DNA of 64,000 nucleotides, taken from Balamuthia mandrillaris. Lineage: Eukaryota. Below the pieces are notes generated by a model. That model did no database searches. It was not told where the DNA came from and saw nothing but the letters and a program-made list of their open reading frames with translations. The translations under genes and the position numbers were made by a program. Location: assembly GCA_031835245.2 (NCBI GenBank), contig JAVKOQ020000040.1, positions 62,001-126,000 of the forward strand, given 5' to 3'. Shown piece by piece: positions 22,025 through 34,733 of the stretch. Each line of letters begins with the position of its first letter. The first letter of the stretch is position 1.

Positions 22025-23473
22025 ATGGAAGGACTTGCAACCGCTCAAGTGCAGAGCAGCAGCGAACCGTGGGTCGTTTCGTTGGCAGAAGACGCCAAGC
22101 ATCGAAACGAAAACGAGGAACCGACAGCGGAGAGAGGAAGCGGTGAAGAGGGAACACCGGTGACCTCGGCTTCGTCGCCCGGAGATGGTGAACATGAGGG
22201 ACAATCCCTCGTTGAAAGCACCGAACGAGGAGAGAAGCAAGAGGAGGAAGGAGAAGAGGAAAGACAGCTAGAACATGAAGAAGGAGGAGCGGAAGAGGAA
22301 GAAGCAAAAGCAGGGGAGGAATGCGAGAACGAGGAAGGACATGAGAAAGGAGAAGAAGAGGAAGAACGTCACAATGAAGACGAAGCAGAAGGAGGGGAAG
22401 AGGAAGAGGAAGAAGAAAGAGAAGGAGGAGAAGAAGACGACGACTACGACTACGACGATGATGATGGTGATGAAGAAGAACAAGACTACGATGACGATGA
22501 ACTGGACGACTTCTTTTCGGAGGCAAACCCGAATCGCTCGTGGGCGGATGATATCGAGGACGAAGAGGCCTTCTATCCCGCTGATGACTTCAGTTATGAC
22601 TATCTCGCAGAGAGAAGCGAGGAAGAAGGCTCGGAGAGACATCTCTTTGTGCCTTCTCCCTTACGGGCTGCTCCTTCTGTCGCTGCTGCTCCTTCGGCGG
22701 AGAATGAAAGAAGGCGAGGAAGAGCGCGAGAAAGAAAGTCTTCGTTCAAAGCGTCGTCTGCCTCCTCTTCCGCTTCTTCCTCCCTCACTCCGAAAGGCGA
22801 AAGAAGAAGAAAGAGCCGGAACAGCAGAAGAGCAGCAAGCAATAGCCGTGGGAAGAATAAAAGAGGCAACAACAATAATGATAATAACAGCAATCGCCTT
22901 ATCAATAACAAGAAGAAGAGTAACACAAGAAAGGGAAACAACAACAGTTTGGCCGCACGAAGTCGTTCGATCGGAGAACCTTCTCTCTCCGCGCAAACAT
23001 CAACCACTTCAATAACACCAACAAACAAAAACCGTAAAGCTTCATTTCCCACCATTCACTCTTCAACAGCAAATAACAACAGTTGGCGCGACCCGGTGCC
23101 TCACCCACGAATACAAAGCCACCACCAACCTCCTCCCGCCTCTTCCTTCTCTCGTACCAGCAACAGCAATAACAGAAAGAAGAACAACAACAGCAACAAC
23201 AACAGATCGCGAGGAGGTGGTGGAAGTGGAGGTAAAAAATCGGGCAAGAGAGGAACTCTTCCTCCCCCTTCTTCCTCTTCTTCAAGCATCAACAGCAAGG
23301 ACAATGGAGCGTGGAGAAGAAGTCGTTCGATGCCTTCCACTCCGGTGAAAAGAGGAGCAGGAGGAGGAGGAGGAGGAGGAGGAATGAACGGAGGATTTAT
23401 TTCCAACGCAACTCGATTCAATAGTTCTACGCCAGGCAGATGGAGAGCCCCCCAGTCGAATAGTAGCACTTAG
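22025..23473 (+). CDS. Single-exon low-complexity protein (acidic N-half, basic S/N/R/G-rich C-half)
   Basis: Uninterrupted 482-aa ATG ORF with a SWADDIEDEE motif (similar short motifs occur in eIF3g/eIF4B) and recurring WR motifs. Probably disordered. Confidence 0.7.
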   Translation: MEGLATAQVQSSSEPWVVSLAEDAKHRNENEEPTAERGSGEEGTPVTSASSPGDGEHEGQSLVESTERGEKQEEEGEEERQLEHEEGGAEEEEAKAGEECENEEGHEKGEEEEERHNEDEAEGGEEEEEEEREGGEEDDDYDYDDDDGDEEEQDYDDDELDDFFSEANPNRSWADDIEDEEAFYPADDFSYDYLAERSEEEGSERHLFVPSPLRAAPSVAAAPSAENERRRGRARERKSSFKASSASSSASSSLTPKGERRRKSRNSRRAASNSRGKNKRGNNNNDNNSNRLINNKKKSNTRKGNNNSLAARSRSIGEPSLSAQTSTTSITPTNKNRKASFPTIHSSTANNNSWRDPVPHPRIQSHHQPPPASSFSRTSNSNNRKKNNNSNNNRSRGGGGSGGKKSGKRGTLPPPSSSSSSINSKDNGAWRRSRSMPSTPVKRGAGGGGGGGGMNGGFISNATRFNSSTPGRWRAPQSNSST

Positions 23474-23719
23474 CCAACTCATATCTAACGAAACGAACAA
23501 ACTTTGCAACTTGCTTCTCGCTCTCTTTCTTGTGCAACTTTAGAAGGCATTGGCATTCATTCATTTCCTTTCTTTGTTTCATTATTTAAAAACGAAATGA
23601 CTTAAAAACATTCTTTGCTTCTTCTTTTCTATCTTCCTTCCCTTTGGCTTGGTTCTTCTTCTTCTTTTTTTCGGTCTGCTTCCTTCTTTGTTCTTCTTTG
23701 CAGCATAAGGACCAGAGAA

Positions 23720-24115
23720 AGTCGGGACTTGTGGAGGGTGCACGGCTGTGCTGCCAGAAGATGCGAAGAAAGCCGGGAAAGAGCTCTTCACGTAGACAGC
23801 AGCAGAACTCACCACATGGTCAAGAGGGAGCAATTCACCAGGGCCGGCATTCAAGGTCTATGCGGCATGCCATGCTTTTCCGCGGTGGTGCCAAAGAGAC
23901 GGAGTCTGAAGTTCTCCCCCTTGGTGGCATCGGTCTGCGCGAAGGTAGCTTCCAAGCCTTGCGTCCTCAGTTCCTCTCCTCCACAAACCTTTGTCGTATT
24001 TTTTTGTGTTTTATCACTTTTTTCTTTCCGCCACCATCCCAAAGCTCTCCTTGCAGAGGATGGACAGGCGGGAAATCCTGTCGCAGGGAAAAGTTCCGCA
24101 AGTGGATCAGAGGGA
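23720..24115. pseudogene. Decayed mosaic of SDR and Mug135-like gene fragments
   Basis: 23780-23990 aligns by eye to SDR 27500-27845 (ggtggcatcggtctgcgcgaaggtagcttccaagccttgc). 24029-24110 matches the last exon of the Mug135-like gene in both orientations (cccaaagctctc; ggaaaagttccgcaagtgg). Confidence 0.75.
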
Positions 24116-24256
24116 GCACCCTCCCTTCTCTTCTAAAGTGAGCCTTTTTTGTGGCCAGCATGGGAGGGTACTTTTTTTTGCTTTGCTCCCTCTCTCCCCT
24201 CCCCTCTCTCCTCTTTGCAGCAAATGAGCCTAATTGACTGTTGCAGATAAGATGCA

Positions 24257-24772
24257 GTGCTATCACTGGAGCGGAATGCAGTTTGGCAGAACGACTCGAC
24301 GTGCGGCTTCCTCGTTTGCGCTGAGCAACCTTTGGCACAGTCTCCTTCTTCCTGTTTGGGAGCCGAAAAACAAAACAGCAAAAGCTACGTCTTCCCTTTC
24401 TGGCGAGAGCCTCTGCGAGACGCTACGGAAAGGCAGCAAAGGACTGGATGGCAAGCAAGCGGGAGAGCCATCAATCAGTGCAACGCATGGATGGAAGAGA
24501 GAGAGAGGGCTCCAACGCATTCCATACAATGCCAGACGGAGTCATACGGAGTCGGTAGGACCGACTTTTCGCTGGATTTCCAACTTCACCGATTCTCCGA
24601 GCCACCAGTCGGAGTACCTTACGGAACGAACGGAGTTTTTTTCTGCAAGACCTTTTATGGACGCTCTGAGGTCAGTTTTGTCTACAATAATCATCTCGTT
24701 TTGATTTATGATTGGTGCAACCGAAATTATGAATATTTGAACGGAAAAAATCAGAATACAAAAATCGTGTAG
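24257..24772 (+). CDS. Possible small ORF or gene remnant, function unknown
   Basis: 171-codon ORF of ordinary complexity in otherwise intergenic DNA. No motif recognised and no certain start. Confidence 0.25.
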   Translation: MLSLERNAVWQNDSTCGFLVCAEQPLAQSPSSCLGAEKQNSKSYVFPFWREPLRDATERQQRTGWQASGRAINQCNAWMEERERAPTHSIQCQTESYGVGRTDFSLDFQLHRFSEPPVGVPYGTNGVFFCKTFYGRSEVSFVYNNHLVLIYDWCNRNYEYLNGKNQNTKIV

Positions 24773-24839
24773 CGCTTCGGGTAGCAGAAGAGAAAAGAAC
24801 AGCACCACACGACAAAGAAGAGAGGAGAAAGAGCACGCG

Positions 24840-25864
24840 ATGGAGAAAGGCGGTGACGAGGACGGGAGGAGAGGGAGGGAGGACAGGGCAAGCAACGACC
24901 CAAAACAAAACAACCGAGCGCCGCGAAAGAGAAAAAGGCAGACGGAGGAAGGCCGCCCAAAGGTGCCTGATAGATGTTTTGTGTTTTTTATCATTGTTTG
25001 TTTCTCTTTCTGACCTTTTCTCTCACTCCTGCGCTACCTTTTTTTAATGCTGTTCCCAAACAGTGGCAGACGGCATACGAGAAATATTATAAAGAGAAAG
25101 TGCCCGAGGAACTGGCTAACCTGGAGCTGGTGGAGAGTATGGCCCTCGTCAAGAGCAAAAAAACGCGCTACTCCTCCATAGCCGAGTTTTTCGAATGTTG
25201 CGTGTATGAAGACCCGATCACCCTGATGCCCGTGATGGTGTGCACGCCGGGCGATGTGGCGGCGGCAGTGGGACCCGCTGTAGCTTTGGCTGTGGGGCCT
25301 GCCGTGGCGGCGGCTGTAGGACCTGCCGTGGGGGCGGCTGTAGGACCTGCTGTGGCGTTGGCGATAGCACCGTTGGCAGCCAAGATCAACAACATCCGCA
25401 AGATGGCTTCCAACCGTGCCGCATTTTCAGCAGTGCTGAAAGGGACACTGGCTCCTACCGCAGCAAGTTTGTTCGCCCTTGAAAAGGTTTGTTTTTATTT
25501 TTTTTTTTTTTTTGTTTGTTCGCTTGGCCCTGGACCTGGGGAACAATGTTGAACATGTTGGTGGGTATGTTCTGCTAACCCGAAGCTCTACACAAATAAA
25601 TGATAAACACAAAAGGAAAGCGGAGGTGCGGGTGTTGGCCTTCCAGGAGCTCCTCCCCCTGCCCCGCTTCCTGCCGCCCATCCCTTTGCCGTGGGGGTGG
25701 CCATCCCGCTATTTCCCGCCACGGTGGCCGCCGTCTCATCCCTCAGTCACGCAGAACTCAACCGCCTCTCAATTATCTATAATGAGAGCTTTGGGATTGT
25801 GGCGGGAGATCCAGTCGCTCTGCGAAAGGAAAAGTTCCGCAAGTGGGTCAGTGGATTCTGTTGA
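24840..25864 (+). CDS. Mug135-like C-terminal domain protein with (AAAVGPAV)x4 repeat, 3 exons
   Basis: Exons ~24840-24962, 25064-25487 and 25615-25864 join in frame. C-terminus FPATVAAVSSLSHAELNRLSIIYNESFGIVAGDPVALRKEKFRKWV resembles the fungal Mug135_C family (recalled, not searched). Confidence 0.65.
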
Positions 25865-26518
25865 GCACCCACCCACCCACCCACCCACCCGTTTAGCAGA
25901 CCCTGGTGGCATGGAGGGGAGAAAGGAGAAGGAAGGGCGGAGAGCTCTTCCTCCTCTTCTCTTCTCACCCCCATTTTTTGCTTTTATTTTGTCTTTCTAT
26001 TGTTTTTATGTATGTTTGTATTCTTTGTGAAGAGCCAGCCACCACCACCAGAGGGCAATGTGTGTACAGCCCGACGAACCATGATTTTTGTGCGCTCTGG
26101 TGGTGGCCGCTTTGTTGTGCAGTGCATTCAGCCAAAATGAATTTTGTTTCTCTCTTTCCTCTGATGTTCTCTGTCTCCTTTGTCTTCGATTCTCTGTTTT
26201 CTCTCTCTCTCTCTCTCTCATTTTCCTTGCGTATGCTCGTTCTCTCTCTCCTTCCATCACAAAAAGGCTGACTCGTTCCGGTCTTGCTACTTTTTTTTTT
26301 TTGTTTAAACCGAACAACGCCGGCCCAGCGCCTACTTGTCGGTCCTTCTGTATCTTGGACGAGCTCTGTTTGGATCTTCGTTGTTCCATACGAGAGGCCA
26401 ACAAGAGAAAGAGAGACAGCACGAAGATGGGAAGAAGCAAAAAAGCACAAACACAAGTACAAGAACCACAACGACTACAACGACTACTAGCGTGGTTGAC
26501 GAGGAGAACAAGAAGACT

Positions 26519-26554
<36 letters not shown>

Positions 26555-26565
26555 AGTGAGCCCCG

Positions 26566-26790
26566 TCACCCCAGGTCCTGCTCGCTTCTAGCACGCCATG
26601 CAAGCTCGTCCAGCACAGCGGCCAAACCGGTGGACGACAGAACTTTCCATGATGGAAACAAATCCATGGTGGGAAGGAAGTCGAATATCATGGCCAAGAG
26701 CTCTCCCAGCAGTTGCTCCAGCTGCTCCTTGATGTTGAACAACAAATGGAAGAAGAGGGCAATGCCAGAGAGCTGCCACAGCATCCAAAT
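26566..26790 (-). pseudogene. F-box gene fragment inserted in duplication arm A
   Basis: LEQLLGELLAMIFDFLPTMDLF..W..DELAWRARSEQDLG* is F-box-like, lacks the LP proline, and is followed directly by a stop. The segment is absent from arm B. Confidence 0.5.
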
Positions 26791-26934
26791 ACTTTAAAGT
26801 TTAAAAAAAAAAGAGAGTAAAGAAACAACAAGTTCACCTTTCGTCCAAATGTGTGAACTACTCCGATGGTGCTTTATTTACATTGCTGTCGTTCTTCTTC
26901 ACTTTGCCCTTCTTCCCTTCAGTTGTTTGTTTCT

Positions 26935-27982
26935 TTAGTTTGCCTTCACCTGGGGTATGGCGGTGCGAGCGGCAGCAATCCTGGAAGGCACCTCCGCCAC
27001 AGGATAGTGGTCCTTCCCAGCATCGATGGCGATGTTGGCTCCGCTCTCATACTGACCATCATGCTGCCCGGAGAAGAGCTCCACCACAAACCCTCCGATC
27101 TCGCTGCCTTTCCCCGCTCTTCCTGAAGGATTGAAGGCTGCCGCCACTTCCTCCACACGGTCCACTCCAAGGATCTGTTTGCCTGCTTTGTCCGCCATCT
27201 CGCTCTCAAAGACGAAGGGATTGATGCTGAACACTGTTGTTTTTTTGCCACCGGTGTGAGAACAAACCATTGATAGACAATAAAGACTGGAGGAGGCTTC
27301 ATAAGAGGAGTACCTTTGATGTTGCGGTCTTTGAACTCAGCAGCAGCCACGCGAGTGATGGCATCCACTGCCGTTTTGGAGGAGCTGTACACCGCTGAAC
27401 CTGGGGAGGAGAGCACGGACATCACGCTGGAAATGTTGATGATGAGACCTCCCCCATTCTTGGCCAAGAGAGGGACAGCGAAGAAGAAGCTGCGAATGAT
27501 GCTCTTCACATTGACATCATACACAATGTCAAAGTGTTTGGCGGCGTCCTGCCAGAAAGGATGGAAGAGCAGCCAAGGCCGTTACCGGCATGTCAGCATT
27601 GGAATTATACATCAACACAAGCAGAGAGAAAGGGAGAGAGAGAGAGAGAGGGAGAGAGAGAAGAACAAACGGCATGATCCAGAGGGACCCATTCCCCAGT
27701 GCCAGCATTGTTGATCAGCAGATGGAGAGCACCATACTTTGCCACCGTGGTGTCAAACAGGCGTTTGAGGTCCTCCTCCTTGGTGACATCGGTCTGCACA
27801 AAGGTGGCTTCCAAGCCTTGCTTCCTCAGTTCCTCCTCCAGAGCCTGGCCTTTGTCCTGGCGCCGTCCCGCCAGCACCACTTTGAACCCTGCCTTGGCCA
27901 GCTGGATGGACGCTCCATGCCCGATCCCAGTGGTCGCTCCCGTCACGATGGCTACTTTGTTATCGACAGTGGTGGTGCTCAT
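26935..27982 (-). CDS. Classical short-chain dehydrogenase/reductase, copy 1 (3 exons)
   Basis: VAIVTGATTGIG (TGxxxGxG), NNAG, NISS, YSSSK (YxxxK). Confidence 0.93.
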
Positions 27983-28480
27983 GGTAATGAATGAGTTTTG
28001 TGTAAATTTGTTGCTTGTTTTTTGTTTTGAGTTGGTGAGTTGAGTACCAAGAAGAAGGGGCTGGAAGCTGACTATTTATATGTGTTCTGCTTCCTCCAAT
28101 CATTCGGGGATAACTCCATCCTCCGTGGATATTGATAGCGTCAACTAACTATTTCTCCATGTTCCTTGTCCGTCTGAACCGGTTGAACGTACAGGGCTCC
28201 AAAGGCCTATTGGTGGCTTTTTCTCCTTGGGAATAAATCCACCGAATGTTGTCAGGTGAGATCGGAGAAAATAAAATTCTCCATCCACGTCGTCGCGAGA
28301 TATTTCTGTGGCTTGAGCACCGGCAGCAGACGTCCTTTCGCCGCTCTTTCCATCCATCTCTGGACGTTTCGGCCATTCCAGGCCGCCTCCCTGTTTCTTC
28401 TCTTCGGCCAGCAACAGCCAAACAGCAATAGGAAACCAAATTCAGAGGAAACAGGACGAACCAGGTCTGGCCTGCCGTCT

Positions 28481-30429
28481 TTACTCCTCGATAAGCATGC
28501 AGGAAGTCAAAAATCCAGAGGGAGAAGAGGAGGAAAACAAGCGAGGAGGTTCCTTGGCCTTCACCACCTTCACCACTCGCTCCTCCCTCAACTCCCCTCT
28601 CTCCGAGAAGACAGCCTCCATCTTCAAAAACGCCCCTCTTCCTCGTCCGCTTCCTCTTCTTCCTCTTCTTCCTCTTCTTCCTCTTCTTCCATGATCAGCA
28701 AAAGCAGCGGTGTGCAGTGAAGAAGAAGCAGACGGGTGTAAGGCGGTAAGAAGAAAAGTGTCGCGAGGAGTGCTAGCTCTCCAGTACTCAACAAGAACGT
28801 TGCAACAGCGATGTTGATGACAGTTGTTTGAAGCGGAAGCAGATGAAGAGGCAACGGAAGAAGTTGAAAGTGAGGCAGAAGCAGCAGCCGCAAAAGAAGT
28901 AGCAGTGGAGTAGAAGGAAATGGAAGAGGAATTGCCTTTCTTCTTGGAAAGAGCAGCCCCAGCAGCTACATCTCTTATCCAACCAGCCGCTAGCTTTTCG
29001 CATAACCGACATCCTTCTTTACGCTTTTTCTTCTTATCGTCGTTATCATAGCCTTCATCGTGAATGGACGAGAAAGAAGCGGAGGAAGAGGATGGTGGAG
29101 GTGATGAAGCACAATCACACCAAAAGAGACTTGCACCCCACCGGCGTAGCCACCAAGGTGTATCAGTGGGATCTTCTTGGTCTTCCTCCTCTTCTTCGTG
29201 AAGGTTCATGGCGCCTTCTTCTTCATCATAGTCTTCTTCGTCGTCTTCACCGCCAACTCCATCATCCGCTCGTCGGCGAAGAATGCTGCGTCTTCTCTTT
29301 CTGGTTTGATGTCGTGTTGTTGTAGATGGTATTGTTTTAAACGAACCTTTACCCACAATCACCGCACGGTAATCGAATCCGCTCCATCGTAACTCTCCTC
29401 TTCTTCTCGATGTTGATTGCATGGCTTGCTTGTCGTCTTTTTCTTTCTCCTTTTCCTTTTCCTTTTCTTTTTCCTTCTCTTTCATTGCTTTTCCGCTTCC
29501 GCTTCCATCTGAACTGCCATCAGGATGAGGATTCTTCAACTCTTGATACTCGTTTGCATCTTGATAATGATGTCTCCACCCGTAATGACCAACACAACCG
29601 CAACCGATATCACTTGAATTTCGTCGTATCAATTTCGTCGGAGGTTCATGGACTGAAGTAGAAGTAGACGGAACAAAGGAAGCTGCAGGAGAAAACATGG
29701 AAGAGGAAGAACTTGAACTGGCAGGAGAAGATCGAGTAAGTTTAGGCCCGATGAGAACCCAGCCAAAGCCTTTAAGAAAGAGAACCATGAACATTTGAGG
29801 ACAGTCCTTTGTGCGAAAGAAACGTGGAGACACAAAGGAGGCCAATCCCCATCCTTCTTTTCCTTCTGGCGGTTTATATAGTGTTCGTTGGCGTCTACGA
29901 TTATTGTTTCTTCCTTGTTGTTGCTGTTGTCTTCTTTGTCTTTTGCGTTTCTTACATGTAAGTTGTTCTTCGATTTCATCCGCTTCAGCAAAGTCCTCCC
30001 AAAAGCCTAATTGGTCCAACTCCGATTTGAGATCGAGAGTAGAGATTTGTTTATCGAGTTGTTGTTGCTTCCTGTGTTTAACTATCAGCTCCAGAAACGC
30101 TAACTTCATTTGCAACGAACGATACATCTCTAAAGCTGCTTCCTTCTTTCCGCCAAAGACAAGTTTCACCTTTCGAATTTCTTTTGTCAGTCCCATTGTT
30201 TTGAGTGAAAGAGAAGAGAAAGAAAGTAAAAGCATAACATACAGCTTTTGCGGGACTGTCTTCGTTGCAAGCACGTTTCTGACGTTGCCTTGCTTCTTTG
30301 GAGGCTCCGCAAACAAACAACAATTTTGCTTCTACCAGTTTCACATCCTCCCTTTGTTGTTAAGATATTATACGCAGGTCAGTGTAAGAGGGTGTAGGGA
30401 AAAACGAGAAAACGGAATAATAGAAGAGC

Positions 30430-30467
<38 letters not shown>

Positions 30468-31396
30468 CACACTCGTTCCCACATGCAGCTATCGAGGAGC
30501 CTCTCGTGCTTGCGAATGATGGCGTGCCATCGCTTACAAACTATAGAGGTCCGAATGAGGGCCAACGGGTCCAAAAACTGGAATATCAGCAACAGACACT
30601 CTGTGGGAAGTTCCTCCGGAGACAAAAGCGGAGATTTCACGCTCTCTTCGACCCTCTTCTTCCTTCTTATCCTTCTTTGGCGATGGCGCTCGTTGGAGGT
30701 GCGTATGCCATTCCTCCGCTCTCGAGTCGTCTCACAGGACGTTCTTTTCTTTCTCGTCCTCCTTCTGTGTACCGTTAAAGAAGAAGACAACGATGACGAT
30801 GACGATGATGACGACGATGATAACGCTGCAGCTGCTGCAGCAGCAATGTCGACGACTTTCTCCTTTCCTTTGTCCGCAGCAGGTTTAACCGATTGCGGTT
30901 TCATTTGCTGCTGCTTCTCCTCCTTCGACGGCTGCCTCAGCTTGCTGTTCCGTTTGTTGCATGGGGCCGTCGCCGTCGTCGTCGTCGTCGTCGTCGTCGT
31001 CATCGTCCTCCTCTTTGCCACACGTTCCACCACCCTCTTCGTGGCTCCTCCGCATGGCTTTTTCTTGTTGAGAGCATCGTCGTCGTCGTAGTGATGGTGG
31101 TGGTGCCTCTTGGCCTTCTCGTCTCGCCCTCCGCCACGTGAACTTAAGGCCTCCTTCTCCTCTCCTTCTTTGGTTCTGCTGCCGCTCGTGGCTGAGCTTG
31201 ACCTTTTGCTGTTCTTCCGTTTGCCTACCATCACCGTCGCCGCATTCGCAGCTGAAGGGGAAGCAGAAGAAGAAGATGAAGAAGAAGATGCTGCTTGCGT
31301 GGGGTGGTGCTCCTCCTCAGCGCCGGGTTCGGGTCCTCCACCAGAGCAGGAGCGTTTTGGTTCACCACCACCGTCGGTGGATGAGGAACCCTTCAT
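28481..31396 (-). CDS. F-box protein with low-complexity flanks (multi-exon; may start at an upstream ATG near 31698)
   Basis: F-box EELPTECLLLIFQFLDPLALIRTSIVCKRWHAII at ~30500-30620. Spliced into a ~570-codon terminal exon. Confidence 0.75.
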
Positions 31397-31978
31397 TTCT
31401 ACTCCACTTTTTTTAAAAAAAAAAAAGAAAATCAAAAGATGAACCGTTTCGCTCAGAAAAAAAAAACAAAACTCCTTCTCCGTTACAGTTACGTCTCTCT
31501 CGCTCTTCAACAACAAAAAGAAAAATGTACAATATTTACAAATAAAAAAAGTCCCAAATCAAAAACAACCACCCGCCCACCCGCCCACCCGCTCTCCTCT
31601 CTCTCTCTTGCTTCGCTCTCTCCTCTCTGTTTCTTTGTTCGATTTTGTGTGTAAACTTCCCTTCCCGCCGTCGGTTTTTGTTCTCCTCCGGAAGGCATTT
31701 TGAGGGAAATTTGATAAAAATTTACCAAATTAGGTTAATTTCGTCGACAACACCTAATGTCGACATGAGAATATGTCTACAAAAAACCTCTCTCTGAGCA
31801 GAGAGAAGAAAGGGAAGAGAGAGAAAGGGAAGAGAGAGAAAGGGAGAGAGGGAGAGAGGAAGAGAGGGAGAGAGGGAGAGCAGTGCTGGCTCTCTCTTTC
31901 TTGCTTTGCTTCTTCAGTTTGCATACATTTGGTTTTTTTTTTCAAAAAACAAAGGTGGTCATGATGAGGTTTGTTTTT

Positions 31979-32495
31979 TTAAGACATGAAGTTAAGAGCG
32001 CTGGAGAGCAAAGCGGCGTCGCTTTGGATGGTGTTGGAGAGCTGGATGAGCTTGGCCTTGGTGTCCAGCACGTCCACGCTCTGCGTGTAGGGATTGTAGC
32101 GGACGGCGAAGGGGCGATCCAACGCCGTCTGCGCAAAGTTGCGCATCTGGTTCTTGGCCTTCTCGAAGCTGTCCGCCACGTAGTAGAGCGGTTGGAAGGT
32201 GGTGATGGGGTACTTTTGCTTGCAGGTCTCAAAGGGGTTGAAGTTCCTCCGCTCCGCTTTGTCTGAGGTCAGACAATACTACAGGTTTGTGATGAAGACG
32301 ACGTTACGGAAGCGACAAGAAAAGAAAGAAAGAAGAACAGAGCACAAACAAACCTCCAATTCGCCAAAGGAGGAGAGGAGGCCAGCGCCATAGGCTCTGA
32401 GCTCTCCGTTCTGTCGGCACAGCCCAAACTCTACTGTAAACCAGTAGCACTAGGTATAGGATTTTGTTGCTTGTCATTAGGACAAGACTATTGCA

Positions 32496-32544
<49 letters not shown>

Positions 32545-33460
32545 AAGAAAGGAGAAAGCAATGCATACAGTGGCCAATTTTTCAATGTCTTCATCGCTGG
32601 CGCCGAGAGAGGCCAAGCCGATCTCCTGAGAAAAGTCGGCAAAAGCAGGATCAGCGAACAGAGGCACGTGTCCCAAAAGCTCATGACAGACATCCGGTTC
32701 TGTTTTTTGTTGGTTAGACACACACACGAAATTTTTTTTTTAAAAAAAGCCAATACAAAAGAAGAAGAAGGTTACCAGGAGTGTAGAATGGCTTGGAATG
32801 ATGGCGAATGTACTGGGTGGAGTGGAAGACACGGAAGGCCAACCCGTTCAAGAAGTCACGTGGAGACAGCAGGCCCATCACTGGACGCAACCTCCATCCC
32901 GTACAGTCTTTAGTGGTTGTTGTTGATAGATAACACAAGCAAGAGTAGCACAAAGATATAAAGACGATCCAGTAAAAAGAAAAACAACAACAAAGTTAGA
33001 AACGTGAATATTAAAACACAACACAAACAACGAAACCGAGACACAGAAAAACAAAAAAACAAACCTTGAAGAAAGTCAGAGATGTCCTGCAATTGCGGGA
33101 TGTTATCCTCCGAGTAACCACAGTTCTGCTCCAACAGCGGGAAGATATAGTTATGCTGCGCGCAGGCATGCGAAGGGTACATGGATGTCAGCTTTCTGTA
33201 GACCGTCCGCCAGGTCTCCTTCTCCTGGTCGGTGTACTCCACGCGCGGGATGCGCTCCCCATGGCGGTAGACCTTGGCCACGCGCACGATGTTGGCGCGG
33301 CGCTTCCTGTACTCGGGGTCCAGGAAGCCGGGGTGGTCGGCGTCCAGCTCCTCGCCAAACTCAAGCACGCGTTCGGCAAAGAGGTCCAGGTCGGCAATGC
33401 GGCGTGGGAACCATGGAATCTCCTTCGCTGTTGTTTGTTTGGGTAAGAAATATGAGAGAG

Positions 33461-33501
<41 letters not shown>

Positions 33502-33563
33502 CCAAGAAAACTAAAAGAAGCATCAAACAAGTGAGAGAGCAAGAGAGAGAGACAGAGAGAGAC

Positions 33564-33610
<47 letters not shown>

Positions 33611-34123
33611 AAAGGAGAGAAGCAGAAGAGAGGACAAAAGAACGCCCAAAAAACATCAAAACAAACCAGTAGAACTGGAGGAAGAGTCAGGGGTAGGCGC
33701 CGACAAGGGCTTATCAATGGCTCCCTTGTTCAAGATGACGACCTTCTTGGCGTGGTCCTCCAGGGTCTGCAGCAGCTTCTGGAAGACGCTGGCGTCGTCG
33801 ATCACAAAGTCAAAGCAGAGGTCGTAGGTGTTGCGGTGGGCGTTGTTGGGGCGGCTCTCGATGTGGCCCAGGTTGACGTCGTAGCGCTGAAAGATCTCGA
33901 GGACCTCCTTGAGGGCGCCCACTTTGTTGGGGACGGTGACGATGGCCTGCTTGGCATTGTCCTCGCGGTGGGTGTGTTTGAGGAGCTCGCAGTAGAGGGT
34001 GATGGGCTCCCCCGTGTCACTGAGCGGCGGGGCCGCAGGGGTGGTGGAGGCAGCAGCAGAGTCCTCCACACGTTCCTTGGACTTGCCTGGGAGACTGCTG
34101 TTCTCGTGGGTCGAGGCTTGCAT
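31979..34123 (-). CDS. pah: Phenylalanine-4-hydroxylase (ACT + biopterin-dependent aromatic amino acid hydroxylase), multi-exon
   Basis: [23 protein letters not shown]. Catalytic domain: [86 protein letters not shown]. Confidence 0.95.
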
Positions 34124-34489
34124 GATTTTCACTCAAAAAAAAAATCACTACGCTTTTTTATTGAGCGTGCGTGTGTGTGTGTGTGAAGATTTGGGTGTGA
34201 TGAGTGTTTTTGAAGCAAAAGAGGAAGAAGAAGGGAAAAAAAGTGACGAAAGAAAGAAAGAAAGAAAGAAAGAAAGAGAAGGAATGTCAGTGATGTCGAG
34301 GGAGTTTTTCTTTCGTTGTGTGTGTCGCGACTTGGCAGACGACGGGGGGAGGGAAGCAGCAGTTGAGGTTGTCAAAAAAAATTGAAAAGAAAAAAAAAGA
34401 GAGAGCGAGAGGAGAGGCGAGTCGTTGGGTTTGAGGCGCCGTTGGCTCTCCAAAAAACACAGAAATTCTGTGGCCTTTTCTTTCTTCTT

Positions 34490-34690
34490 TCTGCCGAATT
34501 TTCCTCTCAACATTCCGCCGAGGTCATCTCTGCATTCTTTGCATGTTTGGCATGCCTCTGGAGTTTTTTCCGAATTTTCCACCTGGCATTCCGGTGATGT
34601 CATCAATGCATTCTTTGCATGTTTGGCATGCCTCAAAGTGTCGAAATTTCGAGTTATTTATACATTCCTGGCAATCCTTGCATTCTTTGG
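34490..34690. repeat. ~76-bp tandem repeat (2 copies + partial) in the divergent promoter
   Basis: tgcattctttgcatgtttggcatgcctc at ~34531 and ~34607, each preceded by ccgaattttcc and cattccg. A partial third copy lies at ~34662-34690. Confidence 0.85.
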
Positions 34691-34733
34691 AAATTGAAAG
34701 AAAAAAACGGAAAGACGAAACAAAAAAAAAAAG

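Larger units (their letters stand above)
24790..28145. repeat. Arm A of inverted segmental duplication (partner ~44558-47150)
   Basis: The SDR gene, the Mug135-like gene and flanks (cattcggggataactccatcctccgtgg..gatagcgtcaac) recur reverse-complemented at 44.6-47.1 kb. Confidence 0.92.

Noticed and set aside
24790..28145. Duplicated cassette as a transposon
   Set aside because: No transposase, RT, terminal inverted repeats or target-site duplication is recognisable.
29811..31091. 426-aa plus-strand ORF
   Set aside because: It is the antisense shadow of the low-complexity F-box gene and has no motifs.
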